A stretch of DNA of 12,373 nucleotides. It comes from Longimicrobiales bacterium (lineage in GTDB: Bacteria > Gemmatimonadota > Gemmatimonadetes > Longimicrobiales > Gaopeijiaceae). Position 1 is the first letter of the stretch, and every line of letters begins with the position of its first letter. Below are positions 1 through 7,869 of this stretch, one piece after another. Made by a program: the position numbers and the translations under genes. Location of the stretch: positions 1 through 12,373 of the forward strand of contig CBDANQ010000043.1 in NCBI GenBank assembly GCA_965197725.1, written 5' to 3'. The notes under the pieces are model-generated. The model was not told the origin of the DNA. It was given only the letters and a program-made list of their open reading frames with translations, and did no database searches.

Positions 1-2
1 TC

Positions 3-386
3 GGCAAGGTCGACATCCGTGGCGAGCTCGCGTACGCCACGATCGACGTGCCTGATGGCATGGCGGAGATCTTTGGGGACCGCCAGTGGGGCGGACACGT
101 GGACATCGTCGCGCCGGTGTGGAGGCCGACCCTGAGTGGGTACGACGACGCGAAGTTGAGTCTGGGCCTGAGATTCGAGCGCGTGGACTACAACAGGGGC
201 ACCTTCAGCTCGACGGGGCTGTCGATCCGTGACGACGTGGCCGCGGTGGTTCCGGGCCTGAGCTTCCGGCCCACGCCGGGCACCGTGTTCCGGGCGAACT
301 ACCGCTATCACTGGGCTCACGACTTCGTGGGGAACCCGACGGTGAGAACGGCAGGCTTCCAGGTGGGCTTCGCGACCTACTTCTAA
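3..386 (+). CDS. C-terminal part of an outer-membrane beta-barrel / porin-like protein (5' end lies outside the window)
   Basis: Frame is open from base 3 (GKVDIRGELAYATIDVPDG...). It has alternating beta-strand patterns (LSLGLRFERVDY, GLSFRP, VFRANYRY) and ends GFQVGFATYF-stop, with the terminal Phe typical of the BAM beta-signal. Confidence 0.7.
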   Translation, partial: GKVDIRGELAYATIDVPDGMAEIFGDRQWGGHVDIVAPVWRPTLSGYDDAKLSLGLRFERVDYNRGTFSSTGLSIRDDVAAVVPGLSFRPTPGTVFRANYRYHWAHDFVGNPTVRTAGFQVGFATYF

Positions 387-416
387 TTGGCTAACTCGTT
401 GGAGGAGTGAGAGCTT

Positions 417-443
417 TCAGGTTCACGTGGACTGCTGAACTGA
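417..443. other. Imperfect inverted repeat between the porin gene and the ubiA-like gene
   Basis: TCAGGTTCA-N10-TGAACTGA, an 8-bp stem with one bulged G. No U-tract; function unknown. Confidence 0.25.
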
Positions 444-461
444 CCGAACGCCCGGAGCTCC

Positions 462-1349
462 ATGAGCGAGAACGGACTCGTTGGACCTCTGCTACGCTCC
501 GCTCGCCCGTCGCTGTGGCCGCGCAACCTGCTGGTGTTCGCGGCGCCCGGTGCTGCGGGAGCGTTGTCGAGTGGCTCGGGCTGGCGGGATTCAGGTATCG
601 CGCTGGTGGCGTTCGTGCTGGCATCGTCGTGCAGCTACCTGTTCAACGACGTTCGGGACCGGAAACGCGACCGCGAGCATGAAGAGAAGCGCGGCCGCCC
701 CGTGGCCAGTGGCGTCCTGGGGGTTGGGCCAGCCCTCTTCGTCGCAGCGCTGCTGCTGGCAGGCGCGATCGCTTTGCCGCTCGCGACCGGGCACGACGAC
801 CTCGCCCTGGTCCTCACCGCCTATCTGACGATCAACGCCGCGTACAGCCTCGGGCTCAAGCAGGTCGTGATCTTGGAGCTGTTCAGCGTGTCGTCGGGTT
901 ACGTGCTGCGCGCGCTCGCGGGTGCCGAGGCCGCGAGCGTGCCGGCCTCCCCCTGGTTCTTGATCGTGATCAGCACCGTGTCGCTCCACGTGGTCGCGAG
1001 CAAGCGGGCCGCTGAGCTCTCTCACTCGGGTGAGGGTCACTCCCGCCCGGTCTTGAGCGAGTACAGCAAGGAGCTGCTCGACCTCATTCGTTCGTCGACG
1101 CTCTCAGTGGCGTTGATCGGATACCTGCTCTGGACCTTCACCGGCGATTCACGAGTCGCGTCGGAGCCGTGGGCGCTCGTGTCGGCGATCCCGTTCGCGC
1201 TTTGCCTCTTCCGGTATTCGCAGGTCGCGGCGGCCGGATCCGGCGAGCAGCCGGACAAGATCCTACGGCAGGACGGCATGCTGCTGAGCTATGTGATCTC
1301 GTGGGTCGTCGTGTTCACGCTCGGCGTATACGGCTTTTCCGGTGGCTGA
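462..1349 (+). CDS. ubiA: Decaprenyl/polyprenyl-phosphate phosphoribosyltransferase (UbiA family, Rv3806c/NoeC-like)
   Basis: Multi-TM protein with RPSLWPRN, YLFNDVRDRKRDREHEEKRGRPVASG (NDxxD motif), AYSLGLK, KRAAEL and RPVLSEYS motifs. Lies directly upstream of dprE1- and dprE2-like genes; GGAG precedes the ATG. Confidence 0.92.
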   Translation: MSENGLVGPLLRSARPSLWPRNLLVFAAPGAAGALSSGSGWRDSGIALVAFVLASSCSYLFNDVRDRKRDREHEEKRGRPVASGVLGVGPALFVAALLLAGAIALPLATGHDDLALVLTAYLTINAAYSLGLKQVVILELFSVSSGYVLRALAGAEAASVPASPWFLIVISTVSLHVVASKRAAELSHSGEGHSRPVLSEYSKELLDLIRSSTLSVALIGYLLWTFTGDSRVASEPWALVSAIPFALCLFRYSQVAAAGSGEQPDKILRQDGMLLSYVISWVVVFTLGVYGFSGG

Positions 1350-2700
1350 CGCGTGGAGTCGCCCCGTCCGGATGAGTGGATGGGGTCGGGACTCGTACAG
1401 CAGGGCCCGTAGCGCAACACCCAGGTCATCCGAGGAGGTGGCTGACCTGCTCGGTGACGACTCGGTCAGTACGGTCGCCGCGCGAGGACTCGGGCGTTCG
1501 TACGGAGACGCCGCCGGGAACGAGGGTGGCGGCGTGATCGATCTCACGGCGCTCGACGCCGTCTTCGACTTCGACTTCTCGACAGGGCGAATCCGAGTGG
1601 GCGCAGGCATCGACCTACGTACGCTGCTCGCCACTGTGTTGGGCGACGATTGGTTTTGCCCCGTTGTTCCTGGGACCGCCTCTGTCACGGTCGGCGGCGC
1701 CTTAGCCACGGACATTCACGGGAAGAACCATCACGAGGTGGGCACGCTTTCCGCGCACGTCACGGGCGCGCGTCTCGTGGCGCCGGCTTGGGCTGGGTGG
1801 ATAGCCCCCGAGCGGGAACCCGACTACTTCTGGGCGTCTTCCGGCGGGATGGGGCTCACGGGATTACTAACAGAAATCGAGTTGCAGCTCATACCGGTGT
1901 CGACCGGTGCGATGGTGGTGAAACGGACTCCGACGAGCGACCTCGACACGCTGCTGGATCGACTCGCCGGCGCGAACACCGGGTTTCCGTACTCGGTCGC
2001 TTGGGTGGACCTGCTCGTTCGGCGGCGGGCTCCGCTGCGCGGTGTCCTGATCGAAGGCCGTCACGCCGAGGTGGCAGACCTTGGCGACGGGGCGCCGAAT
2101 GGTCTAGCCAAGCGATCCGGGTTCGAGGTGCCCGAAACCGCACCCAACGGCTTGCTGACGAGCTTGACCGGATCGCTCTTCAATGAGCTGTGGTACCGCC
2201 GAGCCGCTGCCAAGACCGGTGAACGGATCGAGTCCATCGAGAGCTACTTCTTTCCCTTGGACGGCGTTCGTAACTGGAACCGACTGTACGGAAGCCGGGG
2301 CTTCCAGCAGTACCAGTTCGTGGTCCCGCTGGGAGCCGAACAGGCGTTGGCGACCATCGTCCAGCAGCTCCGGAGGTCTCCGGTGCCTACGTTCCTGGCG
2401 GTGCTCAAGAAGATGGGCCCGTCGAGCCTGGGGCCCTTGTCCTTTCCCTTGGAGGGGTGGACCCTGGCCGTCGACCTGCCCTGCGCCGGCCGTGCACTGC
2501 ACGATCTGCTCAGCGAGTGTGATCGGGAGGTGCTGAGCGCGGGTGGCCGCGTCTACCTGGCAAAGGATGCGCGACTACCGCGAGATGTGTTCACCGAGAT
2601 GTATCCGCGATTGGAGGAGTGGAGGGCGGTGCGCGATCGGCTCGACCCGGATGGTCGGCTGTCCACGGACCTGGGTCGTCGACTCGGATTGAGCCGGTAG
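1342..2700 (+). CDS. dprE1: FAD-dependent decaprenylphosphoryl-beta-D-ribose 2'-oxidase-like protein (DprE1 family)
   Basis: Motifs GWGR, RGLGRSYGDAA, PGTASVTVGGALATDIHGKNHH, GGMGLTG, FFPLD-WNRLYG-GFQQYQF and GGRVYLAKDAR. The GTG start overlaps the end of ubiA; an alternative ATG is at 1372. Confidence 0.92.
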   Translation: MADAWSRPVRMSGWGRDSYSRARSATPRSSEEVADLLGDDSVSTVAARGLGRSYGDAAGNEGGGVIDLTALDAVFDFDFSTGRIRVGAGIDLRTLLATVLGDDWFCPVVPGTASVTVGGALATDIHGKNHHEVGTLSAHVTGARLVAPAWAGWIAPEREPDYFWASSGGMGLTGLLTEIELQLIPVSTGAMVVKRTPTSDLDTLLDRLAGANTGFPYSVAWVDLLVRRRAPLRGVLIEGRHAEVADLGDGAPNGLAKRSGFEVPETAPNGLLTSLTGSLFNELWYRRAAAKTGERIESIESYFFPLDGVRNWNRLYGSRGFQQYQFVVPLGAEQALATIVQQLRRSPVPTFLAVLKKMGPSSLGPLSFPLEGWTLAVDLPCAGRALHDLLSECDREVLSAGGRVYLAKDARLPRDVFTEMYPRLEEWRAVRDRLDPDGRLSTDLGRRLGLSR

Positions 2701-2705
2701 CCCCG

Positions 2706-3485
2706 ATGGCGAATCCTGACGCCGTCGAGCGCGTACTGGTCGTAGGCGGCGGATCCGAGATCGGGCGGGCGATTGTGCGTGCGCTCCGAGGCCGACATCC
2801 GGAGCTGAGCGGCGTGGTGCTCGCGGGCCGGCCCGGGGGCAGCCGTGACCAGGCGGCGCGTGATCTCTCGGAGCAAGTGGCGAGCGTCTCCGTCGTCGAC
2901 TTCGACGCCCTGGAGACCGAAACCCATGACGCGTGGGCGACGGCGCTTCACGATGAGCACGGACCATTCGACGTCGTGATACTCGCGCACGGCGTTCTGC
3001 CGGACCAACTCGCGTCCGAGCGGTCCGGCGCCGAGGCGGCTCGATCGCTTCAGACCAACCTGACGGGCACGGTTTCAGCCATGGTCCCGCTCGCCAATCA
3101 GATGGCCGAGAGAGGGCGGGGCACGCTGGTAGTGCTATCCACGATTGCCGCGCTCCGGCCCCGCCGGGACAACTTCACGTACGGTGCGGGGAAGGCCGGT
3201 CTCGACGCCTTCGCTCGTGGACTCGGGGGTGCCCTCGAGGAGCGCGGAGTAGGTGTGCTCACGGTGAGGCTCGGCTTCGTGCGCACGCGCCTGACCGAGG
3301 GCATGGCGAGCGCTCCGCTGGCGAGCACGCCGCACGAGATCGCCGCCCGCGTAGCCCGCGCCGTGGGCCGCCCCGGAGCGACCGTTCTCTATGCGCCACC
3401 GCTGATACGCGTGCTGGCGGCCGTTCTGAGACTTCTGCCCCAGCCGCTGCTCGACCGCATGGCTCGAGGGCGGATGGCGCGCTAG
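2706..3485 (+). CDS. dprE2: SDR-family reductase, decaprenylphosphoryl-2-keto-pentose reductase-like (DprE2 family)
   Basis: ATG 5 nt after the dprE1 stop. Has the VVGGGSEIG Rossmann motif, RRDNFTYGAGKAGLDAF (YxxxK) and VRLGFVRTRLT. Confidence 0.88.
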   Translation: MANPDAVERVLVVGGGSEIGRAIVRALRGRHPELSGVVLAGRPGGSRDQAARDLSEQVASVSVVDFDALETETHDAWATALHDEHGPFDVVILAHGVLPDQLASERSGAEAARSLQTNLTGTVSAMVPLANQMAERGRGTLVVLSTIAALRPRRDNFTYGAGKAGLDAFARGLGGALEERGVGVLTVRLGFVRTRLTEGMASAPLASTPHEIAARVARAVGRPGATVLYAPPLIRVLAAVLRLLPQPLLDRMARGRMAR

Positions 3486-3622
3486 TTGCCCCCGACTCCA
3501 GACAGCTCCCCGGTCACATCGAGCGTGTCTCCCCCCATCGGCCACGCTGGGCCGGCGCCAAGAATCGTGGCGGTGACCAACCGCCTGGACACTCGAGGTC
3601 CGGCCATCCTTGGCATGGATCG

Positions 3623-3654
3623 TTGGGTCTACCTACCTTGATCGGTGGACCTAA
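3623..3654 (+). promoter_or_regulatory. 11-bp hairpin / inverted repeat upstream of the VOC gene
   Basis: TTGGGTCTACC-N10-GGTGGACCTAA. Both mismatches are G-U pairs in the + strand RNA. Ends about 35 nt before the ATG at 3690. Confidence 0.3.
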
Positions 3655-3689
3655 GCAGTCGCGGACGATTCTGACTCCTTGGAGAGAAT

Positions 3690-4124
3690 ATGAGCGACGA
3701 AACACAGCTTCCCACGCAGGAACGCCGGAGCGACGGACCCAAGACTCTCCGACTCAGCTCCATCGCTCCCGGGCTTACCGTGAACGACCTCCAGGCGAGC
3801 TTGTCCTGGTACTGCGACGTCGTCGGCTTCACGATCGCGGAGAAGTTCGAGCACGAGGGGGAGGTGCGGGGCGCGGCGCTCGTTGCGGGTGTGACGCGAC
3901 TGATGCTCTCGAAGGACGACTGGGCGAAGGGTCGGGACCGCGTGAAGGGGCAGGGGCTACGGCTCCACTTGAGCACCACGCAGGACGTGGACGATGTGGC
4001 CGTGGGGATCAAGTCGCGGGGTGGTGAGCTCGCGAGCGAGCCCGCCGACATGCCGTGGGGTGCACGCGCGTTCGACTTGGTGGATCCAGACGGGTTCTCG
4101 CTGACGATTTCGTCAGGGGGGTAG
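3690..4124 (+). CDS. VOC / glyoxalase-bleomycin resistance family protein
   Basis: Motifs PGLTVNDLQASLSWYCDVVGF, DVDDVA, EPADMPWGARAFDLVDPDGF; GGAG RBS upstream. Confidence 0.9.
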   Translation: MSDETQLPTQERRSDGPKTLRLSSIAPGLTVNDLQASLSWYCDVVGFTIAEKFEHEGEVRGAALVAGVTRLMLSKDDWAKGRDRVKGQGLRLHLSTTQDVDDVAVGIKSRGGELASEPADMPWGARAFDLVDPDGFSLTISSGG

Positions 4125-4144
4125 CGGGGAGCGCACCTCCTCGC
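4124..4144. terminator. GC-rich hairpin between convergent genes, possible terminator
   Basis: GCGGGGAG-CGCAC-CTCCTCGC, an 8-bp stem with one G-U, starting at the VOC stop codon. No U-tract. Confidence 0.35.
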
Positions 4145-4168
4145 CATGAGCATTCAGATCGATCGTCA

Positions 4169-4545
4169 TCACTGCCAGCGAAACACTCTAGTCGACACCG
4201 CACTGCACACCACGAAGACGGCCACCAGGCCCAACCCGTTCACCCATTGCGCCCCCCAACCGGCGCCATCCCATATCCCCTGCATGAGCGCCACCGCGTG
4301 TGTCGTCGGGAGCATATTCGCGAACACTCGCCAGCCAGTCGGCAGCGCGTCGATCGAAAAGAACAGGCCGGAAACGGCGACCATCGGATAGAGAAGGATA
4401 CTGCCGAGAGGCGGCGCGAAGCGGGCGGTCGGCACGATGCTCGAGATCACGAAGCCCACCGACAGGATGCTCAGCGATCCCCAGCAGGAGCGCCACGGTG
4501 AAGCGCCACAGGTTCACGTCGATGGCGCCGGGGAAGAACTGCCGA
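4169..4545 (-). pseudogene. C-terminal half of an ABC-2 type permease, 5'-truncated and frameshifted
   Basis: RQFFPGAIDVNLWRFTVALLLG, then a 1-nt shift at about 4475-4477, then LSILSVGFVISSIVPTARFA...SGLFFSIDALP...LPTTHAV...VFRWQ-stop. No start codon or N-terminal helices remain. Confidence 0.8.
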
Positions 4546-4650
4546 CCCGAAGATCTCCCCTCGATGCACCTCGAGAGAGACGTCCGCCACGGCGATGGTG
4601 GAGCCGTAGCGTTTCTTGAGGTTCGTGACTTGGACGACGGGGTCGATCAT
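4546..4650 (-). pseudogene. N-terminal 35 codons of an ABC transporter ATP-binding protein
   Basis: MIDPVVQVTNLKKRYGSTIAVADVSLEVHRGEIFG. The resemblance ends just before the expected Walker A and the sequence joins permease DNA. Confidence 0.85.
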
Positions 4651-4745
4651 GTCTGCCCTACGGGCGCAAACGGCTGGATGTTCATCCTTTGCTCCACAGA
4701 TGGCCATTGGGTATCGTGACGACCCCACATCCTGGAGCCTAAGTC

Positions 4746-6106
4746 ATGCGCCATTTCCACCACGTGATCCTAGGGACCGGCCAGGCAACGGGCACCCTGC
4801 TGGGCGACCTCCTGCCAACCCGAGAATCGGTCGCCGTCATCGAGGGAGATCGCATTGGCGGCACGTGCGTGAACACGGGTTGCACGCCGACCAAGGCACT
4901 CGTGGCCAGCGCGAAGGTCGCGCATCTGGCGCGACGGGGACCGGAGTACGGCGTCAAGACAAACGGAGTCGAGATCGACTACGCGGCGGTTCGAGCCCGC
5001 ATGAACGCCATTCGGGACAACTCCGGGATGGTATCGTGGATTTCATCGGCCGAAAACGTATCGCTGTTCCAGGATTGGGGTCGCTTCGACGGAGAGCACC
5101 AGATCCGCGCCGGCGACGAGAGCATCACGGCCGATCGCATCTATATCAATGCCGGAGCTCGCCCGCGCGTCCCCGAGATCTCGGGATTGGACACCGTACC
5201 GTGGCTCGACAACGGCCGAATTCTGGAGTTGACCGACGTGCCTGAGCATCTGGTCATCCTGGGCGGCAGTTACGTCGCGCTCGAGTTTGCTCAGATCTTC
5301 CGACGGTTCGGGGCGCAGGTCACCATCATCGGGCGGGGATCTCAGCTCGTGTTTCGAGAGGATGCCGATGTTGCGGAGTCCATGAAGGACATTCTGGAAC
5401 TCGAGGGCATCGAAGTTTGCCTGGGCTCCAACGCGGTAAACGTTGCCCCCGACGGTGATGGAGTTTCGGTCACATCACGCAGGGTGGGGAGGAGCGTCTG
5501 CTGAGGGGGTCTTACTTGCTCGTGGCGGTGGGGCGGGTTCCCAACTCGGACCTGCTCAACGCCGAAGCAGGCGGGATCGAGCTCGACGACCGGGGCTTCA
5601 TCGTGGTCGACGACTATTGCCAGACGAGCACGGAGGGCGTGTTCGCTGTCGGCGACATCAACGGCCACGGTGCGTTCACCCACACTTCGGTCAACGACGC
5701 CGAAATCGTTCTCGACCAGATGCGCGGTGGCAACAGGAGATTGTCGGACCGGATCCCCGTCTACGGACTGTTCATCGACCCTGCGCTGGGCCGAGTCGGA
5801 ATGACTGAGAAGGAGGCCATCGCGAAGGGGCACAACGTCTTGAAGGCCACGCGGCCGATGTCCCAGATCAGCCGCGCCAGGGAAATGGGCGAGACGCTCG
5901 GCTTCGCCAAGCTCCTGGTCGACGGTGACAGCGATCTGATTCTTGGGGCGGCGATTCTCGGACCTGGTGGCGACGAGATCATCAACATGTTCGCCGCGTA
6001 CATGTACAGTGGCCTGCCGTGTAGGAGCTACCGGAAATCGGTGTTGGTTCATCCGACGATATCGGAACTCATGCCGTGGGTGCTCGACACTCTCGAGCCG
6101 GTTTGA
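4746..6106 (+). pseudogene. Class I pyridine nucleotide-disulfide oxidoreductase (MerA/RclA/LpdA-like), split by a 1-nt deletion at about 5472-5474 (real lesion or sequencing error)
   Basis: First frame has GTGQA, GGTCVNTGCTPTK (redox CxxxxC) and GGSYVALEFAQ. Second frame has ITQGGEERLLRGSYLLVAVGRVPN, FAVGDING and HPTISE. Adding one base in GTC AC_ ATC gives a single 453-aa ORF. Confidence 0.88.
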
Positions 6107-6113
6107 GGTCGGG

Positions 6114-7668
6114 TCAGCCGCCCCTCAGGCGCTCGATCAAGGCGCGTACTCTTGCAACCGGTACACCGAGGTTGGATCCGCCGAACTCGGGCAGAATCGC
6201 CATGTTGACCGCGACGACGCGACCGTCCAGCGATAGCACCGGCCCACCGCTGCCACCGCTCGTGGTTTCCGCGTCGTACACGACGTTGGCGCTTGTGACT
6301 TGGCCGACGATGCCCCGAGTGGCCAGGGGTTTCATGAACCCGGCCACGGCGATTCGCTGGGCCTGCTCGAAGAAGTCCGCGACCCCCTCCTGCCGAAGAC
6401 CGTCGATGAAGTCGGGGTCGCTGCGAGCCATGAGCGCTCTGAGCCCGAGCGGATAACCCATGACGATGACCGGATCGCCGGGCGACGGCGGCTCGGAGGC
6501 CAGCTCGATGAAGGGCACGCGTCCCTCGATGCCGAGCACCTGCACCACGGCGAGGTCGGAGTCATCGGACGCTACACGTAGCTGGAGGTCGTGGGCCTCG
6601 GATCCGTCCGCCAGGAATCCGACGAAGTGGCTCCACTCAGCGACGAATCCGGACTCGAGGATCCCACGGGCGGCTGCATCGAACTCCCAGGGCAGAACTA
6701 CGTGCCGGTTCGTCACCACAAGCCCGTCTGGCGAGGCGGCGAACCCTGTTCCGGTCACGAAGACCTCGAAAGGCGGGCCGTCCCCATCCACGGTCAGAGC
6801 CGGGTAACCCAGGGCATTCCGCAGGGGACGCCCGTCGGGCCCGGCGATCATGCGCAGCGGCCGTCCGCTCTCCGCCTGTATGAACCAGTAGCTGCCCTGG
6901 ATGAAGAGCGTTGCGCCCGCCGCACTCTCGATCGCGCGGGCGGTCGCGCTGTTCCGGGCCTCGAGGGCCTCGACCCGCTCGCCGGTCGTGCGTAGCTCCG
7001 CCAGCACCTCGCCCAATTCTTCCGTGCTCACCGCCGAAGCCCGCGTCGCGAGAGAGGAGATATCCTCGACGCGCTCGATCTGGCTGAGGAGCTGAGCCTC
7101 GATCAGCGCGCTGCGCCGTGCGGTGATCGTGGTCGCGACGGCAATCGCCACGAACGCCATGACGGTCAACGCCCTAAAACGGCGCGTCGTGCTCGTTGCC
7201 AGTTCCCTGGGGACCACCGTAACGAGGGCACTCGCCTTTCGAAGGGCTCCGTGCTCGGCACGGACGCTTTCCGCGCAGTCTGACAGGACCTCCGGGAGAG
7301 ACTTGTACGGTACCTTATCACTGTCGTACAACCGGAACCGTAGAACCGCCCCATCGCGACCGATCTCTAAGGACGTCGCCCGAGGCCAGAACGAGGCGCT
7401 CCAGAAGCTCCCCGTTGATCCACATGCTAGCTCCGGGCGTGCTGCTGATCTCGTAGGTTCGACCGCGACGCTCGAGGGTCGCGTGGTGGGGGAGGGGCAT
7501 CGGCTCGGTGTCGCCCGGAATCCGGATTTCGCTATCGGGGTCCGTCCCCACTCGTATCGTGTCACCCCTCAGACGCAGTGTCTCACCCCGTCGACTGCCC
7601 GAAAGGAACACCACGGCCGGAATTGAGCCGTCACCCGCCTCGGGCCCTTCGTACTTGTCGTGACTCAT
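6114..7668 (-). pseudogene. FHA-like domain + TM helix + coiled coil + trypsin-like (S1) serine protease, split by a 1-nt insertion at about 7368-7372 (real lesion or sequencing error)
   Basis: ATG 7668 opens an FHA-like fold (...HATLERRG...WINGE...LASGDVL) that continues in another frame as EIGRDGAVLRF. TM segment ALTVMAFVAIAVATTIT; protease motifs GTGF, TNRHVV, SDLAVV and GGSGGP. Repaired length is 517 aa. Confidence 0.85.
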
Positions 7669-7751
7669 CGTGCCCCCTGCGTGTGCCATACGGAAGATAT
7701 CGTAATCTTGCGGGGGTGCGTCGCTCGACAGCCACTCCTCCGTAGGAAACG

Positions 7752-7795
7752 TCGTCAGCGCCGTCGAGACCGTTCGTCAGCGCTCGGTGTCAGCG
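7752..7795. repeat. Short direct repeats upstream of the FHA-protease gene
   Basis: TCGTCAGCGC at 7752 and 7774 (22-bp period), plus a third GTCAGCG core at 7789. Confidence 0.45.
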
Positions 7796-7812
7796 TTGGG
7801 AGGGCCCATCAA

Positions 7813-7849
7813 GCTTCGCCCTCCGAGTTGCACTTCCAGAGGACGAAGC
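7813..7849 (-). terminator. Hairpin downstream of the DUF4136 gene, possible terminator or REP-like element
   Basis: Minus strand GCTTCGTCCTC-N15-GAGGGCGAAGC, an 11-bp stem with one G-U, followed by TTGAT; about 20 nt after the stop codon. Confidence 0.4.
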
Positions 7850-7869
7850 CGAAGGGACGCTCAGGTTAT

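Noticed and set aside
389..427. GGCTAAC ... GTT after the porin stop, resembling an integron attC site
   Set aside because: The R boxes are not complementary, there is no L-box stem, and no second site or integrase is present.
5496..5510. Val-Cys-TGA-Gly in the oxidoreductase, resembling the Cys-Sec-Gly motif of selenoprotein thioredoxin reductases
   Set aside because: It lies in the wrong frame just after the frameshift and in mid-protein. The family-like sequence continues in another frame, so read-through would not restore the enzyme.
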